Assembly (NCBI RefSeq): GCF_009914755.1
Contig: NC_060927.1
DNA length: 64,000 bases
Direction: 5' to 3' (one strand)
DNA from: the human T2T-CHM13v2.0 reference genome, Homo sapiens
The position numbers were made by a program, and so were the translations under genes. Each line of letters opens with the position of its first letter. The stretch's first letter is position 1. Under the pieces are notes generated by a model. The model had not been told where the DNA came from and did no database searches. It saw nothing but the letters and a program-made list of their open reading frames with translations. This document shows, one piece after another, positions 12,867 through 26,512 of the stretch.

Positions 12867-13045
12867 CTGCAGTCTTTTAACAACCTAATCTCAGAAGTGA
12901 CATCCATCACTTTGGCCATGTTCTATTTGTTAGAAGCCATGTCACCACGTCCAGCCTACACATAAAGGTAAGAAATTATACAAGGATATGAACACCAGGA
13001 GCAAGATGCCTGGGGCCGTTTTAGCGGCTGCCTGCCTGCACCACA
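12665..13045 (-). mobile_element. MLT1F-like MaLR LTR
   Basis: gcttccaagctcactcac...acctaatctcagaagtgacatccatcac...tgcctgcaccaca. Confidence 0.7.
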
Positions 13046-13050
13046 GCTTC

Positions 13051-13221
13051 CTTTTTTATTTATTTTTTTCTTTTAGAAACTGGGTCTGGCTCTGTCACCC
13101 AGGCTGGAGGGCAGTGGCAAATCATAGCTCATTGCAGGTTCGAACTTCTGGGCTCAAGCAGTCCTCCCACCTCAGTCTCCCAAATAGGTGAGACTGCAGG
13201 TATGAGCCACTGAGCCCAGGC
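13051..13221 (-). mobile_element. FRAM/FAM Alu monomer
   Basis: Single monomer; TSD acagcttccttt. Confidence 0.85.
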
Positions 13222-13589
13222 AACAGCTTCCTTTATTGATCCTTTCAACTGGGCATTGCTGTGCCCATTGTACAAATGCACACACTTAGGCACACAAGGC
13301 TAAGAGATGGGATTACACATGGTAAACAGGTAGTGGAATACATTTCAGCATAAATGTTCTGGCTGCTTTGCCTCCTCAGGAACTTCAATACCAGGAATGA
13401 TGTGCTGCAGAGGACACAGGTTCCATTCATGTATTTAAAACTCTCAATAACTTTTCTAAACTTACTATTTAGCTAAAAGATTCCAGGTTTGTGAAGTCCT
13501 AAGCCTTCCTCTCCTCTCTATTTTGAGGCTGCAGGACCATGGAAAACACTGATAGAATTTCTGGGCCCTTCTCCACCCTGACTGCACTT

Positions 13590-14183
13590 GTGGAGATCTG
13601 AGAAATACTGTTGCCCAGACCACACCCCAAATCCATAATATCAGAATTTCTGGAGGTGGGACCCAGGCACCGAGATTTTCATTAAAAAAAAGAGAAAAAG
13701 TTTCCTCAAATGTCTTTTTGTCTTATGAAAAAAAAACTTAAAAAAATTTAAATAACTTAAAAGTTCCCTCAAATGTCTTTGTCCTATGAAAAAAAAAACA
13801 ATAAAAATAAAAAAGATTTTAAAAAAATGCTCCCCAAATGATTCCAATGTGCATTCAATGTGATAGCATCACCAAAGATCTCAGTAAAATGTAGAATCAG
13901 AATGACTCGGCAGGTCTGGGCTGGTGTCTAGAATCTACACCTCTAACAAGTACCCTATTGATGCCGGAGCCACGGGTCTGCGGACCACATTTTGAGGATC
14001 ATCGTTTTAGGGCAGTGGTTTGCAATCTTGGCTGCACATTGGAATCAGCGTGGAAGCTTGAGAAATGCTGATGTCTGAAGTGCAGTCCTAGAAGTCTGTA
14101 TTCCATTGGTCTGGGTTGAAGCCTCAGCATCAGGAGGCCCTCAGGTAATTCCAGCATGCAGCCAAGGCCATGAACTGCTGCTC
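13590..14183. mobile_element. Cluster of three MER5A/B elements
   Basis: atcagaatttctggaggtgggacccagg; ggtctgcggaccacattttgag; cagtggtttgcaatcttggctgcacattggaatca. Confidence 0.65.
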
Positions 14184-14467
14184 TGCCTGCCTACTGAGGT
14201 CTCCCATCACTGCTTCCCTAAGTCTAGCCCCTGCCACCCCCACACCCAGCCTCCACTCCCAAACTGCATCTTCTCCCACCCCCTTTCCTCCCTGATGCTC
14301 TTCCCCACATATGCAGCTGTCTTTAGTGTGGTTTAACAGCAGCAAGGTAGGCTGCCATGTCCCCTGACGTCTTTCTCCAGGTGCAGAGAATTCCACCATG
14401 AGCAATTCATCTCTGTGTGTTAAGCATCACTCTGTCCTTGGGGGCCTGTTAAGAATGTAACATTCCC

Positions 14468-14764
<297 letters not shown>

Positions 14765-14779
14765 TTAATCACATCTCTA

Positions 14780-15610
14780 ACAAATCACAAAATGCTCCTA
14801 CCTGGCTTCCCTAGTCTCTCTCATCCAATCTCCAAAATGTAGCCAGAAGGCTCTTTCTAAAATGTAAAATCAAATTACACCCTTGCTTAAACCCTCCAGT
14901 AGTTCCCATTGCTTTTTTTATTTTATTTTTTATTTTTGAGACGGAGTCTCACTCTGTCACCCACGCTGGAGTGCAGTGGCACAATCTTGGCTTATTACAA
15001 CTTCCTCCTCCCAGATTCAAGGGATTCTTCTGTCTCATCCTCTCAGATAGCTGGGATTACAGGTGTGCACCACCATGCCCAGCAAATTTTTGTATTTTTA
15101 ATGTATTTTAATTTTGTATTTTCACCGTGTTGGCCAGGCTGGTCTCAAACTCCTGACCTCAAGTGATCTGCCTGCCTCAGCCTCCCAAAGTGCTGGGATT
15201 ACAGGCGTGAGCCATTACGCCCAGCCCCCATTGCTTTCTTTAGGGCACTCCAGCCCATCTCTCCCCTTCTGCAGCCATCTGTTACCTTTACCACCTTTAG
15301 CCACCTGTTACCTTTACCAGCCACATTCTAGTCACTAGGTCCTAAGCAGTTCCAGAACCTGCCCTGCTCCCCTGGCCTTTGCTCCTGCTCCTGCCTCTGC
15401 TTCTGAGGCCAACTCCTCCTGCAAGACTCGGCAAAACTGGCCTTACCGAGGAGCTTCCTTGATCCTCATCCCCCAAACCCAGTAGTGAGATGAGGAGAAC
15501 ATCCTCAGATGGCAGGCCCAGGAGCCTACTAACCTGCCCCTCTGTGTCCACAGTGCCTAGCCCTGTACTCACACAATGCTTGGGAAGGAAGGCAGGGAGG
15601 GAGGAAGTAA
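14780..15610 (+). mobile_element. L2 fragment interrupted by an Alu
   Basis: gccagaaggctctttctaaaatgtaaaatc...cccttgcttaaaccctccagtagttcccattgc...cacagtgcctagc. Confidence 0.6.
14913..15226 (-). mobile_element. AluS
   Basis: Antisense Alu; TSD cccattgcttt. Confidence 0.9.
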
Positions 15611-15899
15611 GCTGGGAGCTTAAATGGAGAAGAGGGAAAATTACAAAAGGAAGATAAAGAGAAGAAAAAGGGGAATGAGATGCCTTCCCGGCAGACATCC
15701 TGCTTCTGTGCTTTATTGGGTCATTTCATTCTGGACCTTCAGGATGACAATTTCTTCTTTGCAAAGCATCCTATAGGTGACAGTGCTCTGGCCTAGGCTC
15801 CAGGTTCTTGCAGGGTCACTTGAAAATGAAAAGATGATTCAACAAAATTCCTTGACGAACACATCCTCTCTGTCTGATAACTCTCAGAAAACCCCAGTC

Positions 15900-16197
15900 G
15901 GCCAGCCACGGTGGCTCATGCCTACAATCTCAGTACTCTGGGAAGCTGAGGTGGGAAGATCACTTGAGGCCAGGAGTTCAAGACCAGCCTGGGCAGCTTA
16001 GTGAGACTTCATCTCTACAAAAAATTTAAAAATTAGCCGGGCACAGTGATGCGCACCTGTAATCCTAGCCACTTGAGAGGCTGAAGAGGATTACTTGAGC
16101 CCAGGAGTTCAAGTTTACAGTGAGCCATGATCACACCACTGCCCTCCAGCCTGGGTGACGGAGTGAGACCCTGTCTCTGTATACATACATACATAAA
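15900..16197 (+). mobile_element. AluJ
   Basis: TSD aa(a/g)accccagtc. Confidence 0.9.
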
Positions 16198-16831
16198 ATG
16201 AAAGACCCCAGTCCTAATTCAAAATAACCTAATTCAAAATAATGACTCGGGAAATAAAAATGTGCACACCCTTAAGATTATTGACCCCTGATCTTTGGGG
16301 GCTATGTCTCTAGAAGGCTGCTTCTCTGCCAGCTTGGAGTTGGATCCCAAAGGAAGATGAAGTTAATGTTATTTCCATTGTGACCTTTCTCTCTTCTCTC
16401 CTCCTCTCCATTCTCCCTTTTCTCTCTCTTTGTACATTCCACCCCTTCTCTCTCCATAGTGCTGGCTTCTTTTCAATGTTTCTTGGTATAATTTGATTAA
16501 ATTAGAGCCTTAGCCTTGTTTTGTACATACCCACATGTCCAGCTTTGAAAATCCCAGCCTGGAACATACCCTGTCCTGCCTAGGTCAGCCGCCCTTGGTC
16601 TGGTTTTCTGCCAAAGCTACCCATGATGGATGAGAGGGGCATTCTCGCCACTCTCACTAACACACTGGGTGTGTGGGCTGTTCCTAGAGAGCCTGTTGTA
16701 ATGCAAGTGAATGAGAGTGACGTTGAATCCCCTCTAATACAGAACAAAAGCCAATCATTTGATAATTATGATGTTTTAACTGTCCTTAGTAATAAACAAC
16801 TAGTTACTTTCCCATAAAATGAATCGAGGTA

Positions 16832-17166
16832 GGCCAGGTGCAGTGGCTCATGCCTGTAATCTCAGCACTTTGGGAGGCCGAGGCCAGCAGATCACTTGTG
16901 GTCAGGAGTTCAAGACCAGACTGGCCAACATGGTGAAACCTCATCTCTACTAAAAATACAAAAATTATCTGGGCATGGTGGCACACGCTTGTAATCCCAG
17001 CTACTTGGGAGGCTGATGCAGAAGGATAACTTGAACCTGGGAGGCAGAGGTTGCAGTGAGATGAGCTGAGATTGCACCACTGCACTCCAACCTGGGTGAC
17101 AGAGCAAGACTCCATCTCTGGAAAAAAAAAAAAAAAAAAGAAGAAGAAGAAGAAGAAGAAGAAGAA
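16832..17166 (+). mobile_element. AluS with A-tail running into ~(GAA)9
   Basis: Alu sequence. Confidence 0.92.
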
Positions 17167-17167
17167 A

Positions 17168-17470
17168 GGCAGGGTGCGGTAGCTCACACCTATAATCCCA
17201 GCACTTTGGACCAAGGTGGGAGGATCCCTTGAGCCCAGGAGTTCGAGACCAGCCTGGGCAACAAAATGAGACCTGTCTCTACCACAAATACAAAAATTAG
17301 CTGAGCAAGGTGGCGTGCACCTGTGGACCCAGCTACTCCGGAGGCTGAGGTGGGAGAATCACTTGAGCCCAGAAATTCAAAGATGCAATGAGCCATGATC
17401 ACTCCACTGCCCTCCAGCCTGGGTTCCAGAGTGAGACTCTTCTCAAAAATCAAAAAAAGAAAACAAAAAA
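17168..17470 (+). mobile_element. AluJ
   Basis: Alu sequence. Confidence 0.9.
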
Positions 17471-17524
17471 GAATCACAGTGTATTCCATGTATTCTAAAC
17501 CAGAGACCTCAAATATGCATATAA

Positions 17525-17950
<426 letters not shown>

Positions 17951-18997
17951 CTAGCATAAGTGGAGTAGATGGTGTGATTTCTTATCATAGAGCACCATGC
18001 AGGACATACTGGGTGCTCGGAAATAATAAAAGAGTTCATAGATTGAGAGAGTGGAAGGTGGGAGTTGCCCAGCTGTCACACTGCATCGTCATCTGTTGCA
18101 TTTCCAGCTCACCTCTGAGCTCCTTGGACTGGAGTATAGTGCCTGACACACAGTAGGAAATAAATGTTTATTGAACTGAATTGCTTGTCTAATGGCTGAG
18201 CCAATAAAGCAGATGTAAAAAGAAATTGCCCCACTCTGAAAACTCCCTTTGGATTTTTGCCAAAACTCTATTTCAGCACATTCTGTTAGGATTAAAGATA
18301 CATTTACTCACAGGAAAAAATAAAATGGAAAGTCACTCTCTTTTTTCTCATTGTGTTAAAAAAAAAATCTTTTGAAATCATCCTCTGCCATTTCTTATCC
18401 ATCAGCATTACATTAATAAGATATGTTGCTGTGAAAATACCTCCTTTAAACACATCAAATGGATTAATGTTGGCACTTTATCAGGTACAATTTCTGTTTC
18501 TATAAAACATCTTTAGACACATAAAAACTACTTAAATGAGAAGGAGAAAACCCTTCCCTTTTCCCATCATTCAGTTGACTCTGCGGGAAAAGCTGACATT
18601 TCTAGAGGCTCCGGTTCTGTTCCCTCCTGTAGGAGCCATTGCATTCTGAAGAGCCAGCTTCTTGCTGTGAATCCCTCTCTCGTCAAGGGCTCTAACAGCC
18701 TGGGGAGTCGGGCCGGCTGATTAACAGGGCTTTAGCCAGCAGGCACCAGGTGGAAGGAGGAGAGGAAGGTAGCAAAGGAGGGGTATGGAGCTGAGCGGGA
18801 TTCACGCCTTGCAAATTGCTTGGAAAATTTTTCCAGTTCCTATCCTTGGAGGAAAAATAGGGCAGAAGCTAACTTGGGGTCATCCCGATGGACACCCAGA
18901 AACGCAGTCCAGCACACCTGTGTAAACCATTATTTCCTGGCACACTCCCCACCGTGTTATTAATTCTTAGCTTCAGATGCACAAGGAATAACTAGGC

Positions 18998-19060
18998 TAG
19001 TGCTTCTCAAACTGTGGTCCCTGGACCAGCAGCATCACCATAACCTAGAAACTTGCTAGT
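18998..19060. mobile_element. MER5A terminal fragment
   Basis: agtgcttctcaaactgtggtccctggaccagcagcatca. Confidence 0.65.
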
Positions 19061-19165
19061 GTTTTTTAATTGAGTGGATGCTACGGACAGAAGCCATCAT
19101 ATATCTGTCACATGCCTTGTTTCTTTAATTATCAAAATAACCCTTTCAAATAGATATTAGGCCAT

Positions 19166-19879
19166 CCTTAGGGACTGAACTGTGCCCCACCCCCATAAGT
19201 TGAAACTCTAACCCCCAGAACCTTAGACTGTAACTGTATTCAGAGCTGAGGTCTTTAAAAGGGTGATTAATTTAAAATGAGGCCATTAGGGTGGGACCTA
19301 ATCCAATCTGACTGGTGTCCTTATAAGAAGAGGAAATTTGGACACACAGAGAAACTCCAGGGATGTGTGTTCACAGAGAAAAGGCCATATGAGGACACAG
19401 AGGGAAGGTGACCATCTGCAAGGCAAGGAGAGAGACCTCAGAAGAAACCAGCCCCTTGATCCTGGAATTCCAGCCTCCAGACTGTGAGATACAAATTTCT
19501 GGGCCAGGTGCGGTGGCTCACACCTATAATCCCAGCACTTTGGGAGGCCGAGGCGGGCGCATCACCTGAGGTTGGGAGTTCGAGACCAGCCTGACCAACT
19601 GGAGAAACCCTGTCTCTACTAAAAATACAAAATTAGCCAGGCGTGGTGGCGCATGCCTGCAATCCCAGCTACTCGGGAAGCTGAGGCAAGAGAATCACTT
19701 GAACCCGGGAGGAGAGGTTGCAGTGAGCCGAGATCATGCCATTGTACTCCAGTCTGGGCAACAACAGTAAAACTCCATCTCAAAAAATAAATAAATAAAT
19801 AAATAAATGTAAATAAATTTCTGTTGTCTAAGCCACCTAGTCTGGAATTTTGTTATGACAGCCTCAGCAAGCTAATATA
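19166..19879 (+). mobile_element. MLT1A MaLR LTR interrupted by an Alu
   Basis: taatccaatctgactggtgtccttataagaagagg...cagcctcagcaagctaatata. Confidence 0.82.
19502..19814 (+). mobile_element. AluSp-like
   Basis: gaggttgggagttcgagaccagcctgacc; TSD aaatttctg. Confidence 0.92.
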
Positions 19880-19959
19880 ATGGGCAATAAACTGTTTCTC
19901 TGGAGAACCCTGATCCAACCATTTTTTACAATCCAGACAATCAAGATAGCTATACCTAA

Positions 19960-20380
19960 CTCTTACCCAATACTCACTGTTAGGTACTTTGCAAGTGCAT
20001 GTCATTTAATTGCCACCATATAGGTCCCATTAAAAGCCTCATTTGACAGATGAGGCACTGAGTCTTAGAGAGAGGAGAAATCATTTGCCCAGTTCGGCCC
20101 AGCTGGCAAATGGTAGAGGAGGGTTTTGAAACCAAGCAGCTAGAGCCCAAGGTTTGTGTATGAACCACGATTCTCCACTGCCTCCCCTGCTGGCACACCT
20201 GTGTGAATACTTCAAGTTCATTGTGCAGTATTCTGTAGCAATTCATGGGCATCAGTGTCATTCTTATCCCACTTTTACAGATAAGAAAACTGAGGCTTAG
20301 TAAAAATGAAGGGAATGCACTCAGCTTGCAAGTTACAGAGCAGAGAATTAAGCCAGGGCCCTTTCCTTTCACTGAACAGA
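19960..20380 (-). mobile_element. Two adjacent MIR fragments
   Basis: tttgacagatgaggcactgag; ttttacagataagaaaactgaggct. Confidence 0.7.
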
Positions 20381-20644
20381 CTTCTACCAGGGAGTCTTAT
20401 TTGCTCCCAGGTACATTTGTGTTTTCACAGGACATTCCTGAAAGCCTTCAGGAGAGTACATCTTTGAGGGAAGAATTTAACAAGAAGGAGGAGAGTGTCA
20501 TTAATAATATAATAATTATTAGTGTAATATATCACACGTCTTCTGTGAGCCCAGCATTGTGCTAGGGACTGGATTCTCTCACACATTTTGTGTCTTAGTT
20601 AGACACAAAATGCCATGGCATCTACAGTCTCTGCAGCCGTAGAA

Positions 20645-20900
20645 AGGGGCAGTTAGCCAAATAAAGGAGTCAGGTTGCCAGATAAATCCTGACTCCCCAA
20701 CTCACAAGCTGGAAGACCTTGGACAATTTACGGAACCTCCACATGCCTCAGTTTCCTCATCTGTAAAATGGGGGTGATTGTGATAATAACAGCTTCTGCC
20801 TCGTAGGCTTGTGAAGAGTAACTGGGTTAACACAGGCAAGGGGCTGAGAATTGCACCGGGCCAGTGGCAAAAGCTTTTGTGAGTATCTCCTGCTATTATT
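20645..20900 (+). mobile_element. MIR
   Basis: gcctcagtttcctcatctgtaaaatggggg. Confidence 0.8.
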
Positions 20901-21449
20901 ATAAGATGGACTGAAACATGCACATGCCTCTGATTGCTTGTCAAAAAAATGTTCAGGGATCTTCATTTCAGCCTCAGGTTGTCGAGAACTGTTCCAACAA
21001 CTAAGGATGAGCTCTATGCAAGTCCGTGTAAGTTCATTTCTGAGTGCAATGGGGAAGAGCAATGGGGAGAAGATGGTTTTACAATGTGCATGATGTGTCC
21101 ATAATTATTGCTTGCCAAACCCAGCCTTGAGAATGATTAATAGTAAATAGTATTCTGTCTATTAAACCACAAATATCCCCCAATTTTCCCTGTCACTTTT
21201 CTGCCAAGCCCCTGTCAAAATGCTCAGTCTCATTAATAACAATAATGATAATGATAATAACATGAGTTGCCCAGTATATGTTAAAATCATAAGCCAACAG
21301 TAACAACAGAACAATTTGAAGGTTTATTTTGCAGGCATCATGTTTGTTAGTGATGTTGTTATTGACCGTAACGGAAGAGCAGGTCCGTACTCTCAGTGAA
21401 GAGATAAGGGCAGAGAAACATTTAGACATGCACAAAGGCCCACATCCAA

Positions 21450-21890
21450 CGATACTCATTATTCATTGCAGCACTGGCAGTAACCTCAATGTCCATCAAA
21501 AAAAGACTGAGTGAATAAAATTATGGGACAACCGTATGGTGGAATGAGATGCAGTTATAGAAAAGAATGAGATGTATGTAGTCATACTGATACAGAACTC
21601 TCTGAGATAAGTGATACATAAAAAGACAAAACACTTTAAATGGGTGAATTGTACAGTATGTGAATTATATCTCAATAAAGCTGTTATTTTGTTTTTAAAG
21701 AAAGTCACAGAAGTATGTTGTGTGCTACCATTTGTCATTTTAAAAGTGCCTGTATGTAAGTACCAATGTCTGTATTAACTATCTTGGTGGATAAGCAAGA
21801 AACTGAAACCTCTGAGAGGGGAATGACAGTTAAGAGTAGGAGGGGGAGTTTATTTTTGCTGTAATCCGTGTGCAATTATGATTTTTTGTG
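21450..21890 (+). mobile_element. Old L1M (L1ME-like) 3' fragment with nested L1MB-type 3' end (~21632-21700)
   Basis: aacctcaatgtccatcaa...; cactttaaatgggtgaattgtacagtatgtgaattatatctcaataaagctgtt. Confidence 0.6.
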
Positions 21891-21954
21891 AAATCATGTT
21901 AAAGTAGTTCCCACTCAATCAAGATAGTCATTCTGCAACACAGAGAAAAGGAAA

Positions 21955-22085
21955 GGAGGAATAAATATGTATTGAATGATACAGAGTGCTGGTCACTGTT
22001 CTAAATCATGCAATCATGTACGCCCACAAGATACGTATTATTGGTTATTATTATTCCCATTTTACAGAGGGGCAAAGTAGCTTCC
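21955..22085 (-). mobile_element. MIR fragment
   Basis: attattcccattttacagagggg. Confidence 0.55.
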
Positions 22086-22264
22086 CTGCACCGGGTCTCA
22101 CAAGTGGGAGGTTCAGCCACTGAAATCTGCTGAAATTCACCAGCTGCTTCTCCAGCTTCTTTCGATTTCTGGAATCTTAGAATTTGAGACTCGCCAAAGA
22201 ATGGTCCTCAAGATAAAGCAGGCTAAAGTGTTCAAAAGGTAAAAACATCTCACAAGTAATTACC

Positions 22265-22732
<468 letters not shown>

Positions 22733-23789
22733 TCACAAGTAATTCTAAAACCCCCGCTGAAATGTGACCTGCTATATCTGCCAAGTTTGCTTAGGAAGCC
22801 ACACTCCTGGACCGTGGCAGGCTGTCTGGGCAGCTTCCTCACAGCCATGAATCCATCTGGGCCTCCCCTGAGCCCCCTGTGAACAATGGGTGGGGGGTGC
22901 CCAGACTGTTGAGAGGAATCTTCTTGCCAGGACCACAAAGAAGGTTTGCTTGAAAACGTACGGTAGCATCATGCCATTCACCCGTCCTCCCCCGGGGCCA
23001 TAAACAGGTGTTTAATTACAAGGCAGGTGGGAGACTTCAGAACCAGGGGTCAGCCATTCCATTGTTTGTGGAACTTCGTTACCAGAGAGCCACTAGATTG
23101 CACCGAAGATTGGCCGTGCACCTGGCAATTTGTGTTTCTCTGCTTGAGCTGAGTTGCTACACTGTTGAGAAGGAAACTTTTTTCTTGAAAAAGAGAAAAT
23201 GTCAAGGGGGATAGCTGGCAGTGATTCTGAGAAAGTATAGTTTATCACTCAGCAGCAATGTTTAGCCAGTTCTGAAGGAGAAACATGTACTGGGCTGGGA
23301 TCATGGAGTCCTAGCCTAATTTCTAGAACTGACATTCCTGGAGGACCTACTATGTGCCAGGTACTTTACACGTGATGTCATTGAGTCCTCAGCCCTGTAA
23401 GGAAGTGTTAAGGAAATTGCTGCTTTCAGCAAGCAGATCACCCAGAAGCTCCCAGGTTGATTCCAGACGGAGAGGGGCACCTCCATCAAAATTCCTTACT
23501 CCTGACTCACTGTTGTCACTGGCATCCTAGCATCTTTAGAAGTGGGGCTCCTCTGATCCTCAGCCTTCCTGTTACTCCTGTGTAGCTGAGACAAGCCTAG
23601 AATGTTCAAATAAGAGGGACTCAGTCAAGAAATGCAAAAGGAAAATAGAATTACAGGAACCTAGAAACTGTGGCTTACAGGATGCAACCTATTTGATGGA
23701 ACTCATAGTCACTTCTATAGAAAAAGATGGCACCTACTGTTTTCCCTTCTGTTCCCTCTTGGGTCCCCATTTGTTCATTCATTCATGCA

Positions 23790-23990
23790 CTCACTTGCTC
23801 AAACAATATTTATTAAGGAGCTACTATGTGCCAGATACTGAAAATATAGCTTTGAACCAGACAGATAAGTCCCTGCCCTCCTAGAACTTTCATTCAGCTG
23901 GGGAGACAGATAAACAGATGTATAAATACATACATAAAATAATCTCTGATGGGGACAGGTAGTATTGGGAAAATAAAGTAAGGTGATGTG
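23790..23990 (-). mobile_element. L2 3' end
   Basis: ttcattcattca...caaacaatatttattaaggagctactatgtgccag. Confidence 0.75.
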
Positions 23991-24124
23991 GTAGAAAGGA
24001 ATCTTTGAAAGTCTTTACTAGCCAGCCATTTAAAAGCAATGTTCTCACAATTATTATACACACACATGTATATATGTGCACATGTACACACACACATATG
24101 TATATATGTGCACATACACACATA

Positions 24125-24312
24125 TAGTCATCCCTCAGTATACTCAGGAAATCAGCGCCAGGGCCCCCACATACACCAAAATCAGTGAGCCCTCCATATA
24201 AGCAGGTTTCACATCCCTCAAATACTGTATTTTTGGTCTATGTTTAGTTGAGACAAATCCATATATAAGTGGGCCCATGCAGTTGAAAGGCATGTTGTTC
24301 AAGGGTCAACTG
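24125..24312 (+). mobile_element. MER8 (Tigger2-derived MITE), internally deleted
   Basis: agtcatccctcagtatac...gttgttcaagggtcaactg with TA flanks. Confidence 0.75.
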
Positions 24313-24749
24313 TACATGTATACATATATACGCATGCATGTGTATGTATACATGCATGCATATATATGTAATTATATCTATTTTATAGATGGGAAATTGA
24401 GGCTCAGACAGGCTAAGTGACTTGGTTAAAATCACAGTGGCAAAGTTCCCTCAAGTTTCTCTATAGAGCCACAGGTTTTCTCACTGTATCCTGGTGCCCA
24501 GATTGTCTTGTTAAGGGTATGCTTGGACCCCTCCAGCTCTGTGAAATGCAACAGGCTGGATTAGCCTATGGCATCCCGCTCACCTAGGCACAGTGGCATA
24601 GAGCCTCTTGATGGTGACAACAGCTGCTGAGGATTTGTGTCATCTGAAAACCGAAAGGCCTCCAGGGAGACTGAATAAATCAGAGACCTATAGATAAGGT
24701 AGGGATGCTTAGCTAGGGCCTTAAGCACAATCCATGTTCAATAAAAGTT

Positions 24750-25129
24750 GGTGATGCTCCTATGTTCCCTGCTCAGAGCCATCTACTTCCACCCCTTCCT
24801 CCCTTCTCATAACAAAATAACAGATCGTGCTTTCTTAACCTCAGAGTGGCCCATCATAGGAAGCACAGTGATGTCCAAAGGCAGAAATTCAACCCAACCC
24901 AACCCATCGATTCTCTCTCCCAGGAATCTGAAACATGAGTGGGGGTCTCCCAGATTTCCCAAGTGCCTGGAATTGTGAATGAAGGTCTGAAATGTCCTAC
25001 AATATTTATCATTCCTGTCCTTGCTAAGACAGGAATTTTCTTTAAATTACAAAAGCTACCTGTCATATAGTTTAAGCAAGCCAAAGGCAGTTTCTGTTGC
25101 TTGCAACCAAGAGAGTACCAAATAATACA
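24750..25129 (+). mobile_element. Ancient ERVL LTR fragment (LTR33/LTR16-like)
   Basis: 3' end ttctgttgcttgcaaccaagagagtaccaaataataca. Confidence 0.5.
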
Positions 25130-25460
25130 TAAAGCTATAGTGTAGTGGTCAGTCTAGCAGACAAAAAAAAAACCAATACATAATCACAAAATGTGATAAA
25201 GTACCAGGACAAAAAAAGAACAAGGAGCTTGGAAAGACTAACAAGGGAGGCCAGTTTTAGACTGGGTGATCAGGGAAAAGAGTTTAGGGGGATTATATTT
25301 AAATTGGAACCTTAAATATAGGGAGTCAGTCATTGAAAAGAGTGGAGGAAAGACTATTGAGGCAAACAGAAAGCATGGAAAAATATCCTGGAGCCGGGAA
25401 GAGCTGGCTCATTCCAGAGACAAAGGAAATGAGTGGGGCTGGAGCCTGTGGAGAGAAAGT
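25130..25460 (-). mobile_element. L2 fragment
   Basis: gactgggtgatcagggaaaag...ggcaaacagaaagcatgg. Confidence 0.5.
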
Positions 25461-25624
25461 TCATTTCTGAGAGGATCCAGTGCAGTTTTCCTCCTCTTGG
25501 TTGAAGTGGTGGATGTCTACAGTTTTTTTCCTCAAAAGTGGGCAAAATGCATCTTAGCATTTAGCTGTACCATTGTGTGTGTGTGTTGCACAATAACATG
25601 GAATCTCAATTGGGAACAGGCAAG

Positions 25625-25930
25625 TTTCTTTTCTTTTCTTTTTTTTTTTGAGACGGAGTTTCGCAATTGTTACCCGGGCTGGAGTGCAATGGTGCCCTCT
25701 CAGCTCACACAACCTCCACCTCCCAGGTTCAAGAGAGTCTCCTGCCTCAGCCTCCCGAGTAGCTGGTATTACAGGCACATGCCACCACACCTGGCTAATT
25801 TTGTATTTTTAGTAGAGATGGGGTTTCTCCATGTTGGTCAGATTGGTCTTGAACTCCCGACCTCAGGTGATCCACCCACCTCGGCCTCCTAAAGTGCTGG
25901 GATTACAGGCATGAGCCACCACACCCAGCC
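25625..25930 (-). mobile_element. AluSp-like
   Basis: gggtttctccatgttggtcag...actcccgacctcagg. Confidence 0.92.
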
Positions 25931-26239
<309 letters not shown>

Positions 26240-26512
26240 AAGTTATTTTTCCATATCATATGATTTTAGCACCTGCTTACAGGAACCACTGGTAGACTAA
26301 GAACTTAATTTCTTCAGTATTAACTTGGATAAATCAGATAATAAAAAAATGTGTCCTGGGCTTTGGTAGATTCTCGACAGCCTGGGCATATAGCGGTGTG
26401 TGTAGTAGGTGGTGGAGGAAGATGGGAATGTGTAGAGGCAGGATGCTGGAGAGAACTCTTTCCTACCTGCACCCTCCCTGCCCACTCCTGGTCAGTTCAA
26501 TGCCTGGGGACG

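Noticed and set aside
25266-25892. 208-aa ORF
   Set aside because: Runs through L2 and antisense Alu sequence; GTG start; no recognisable domain
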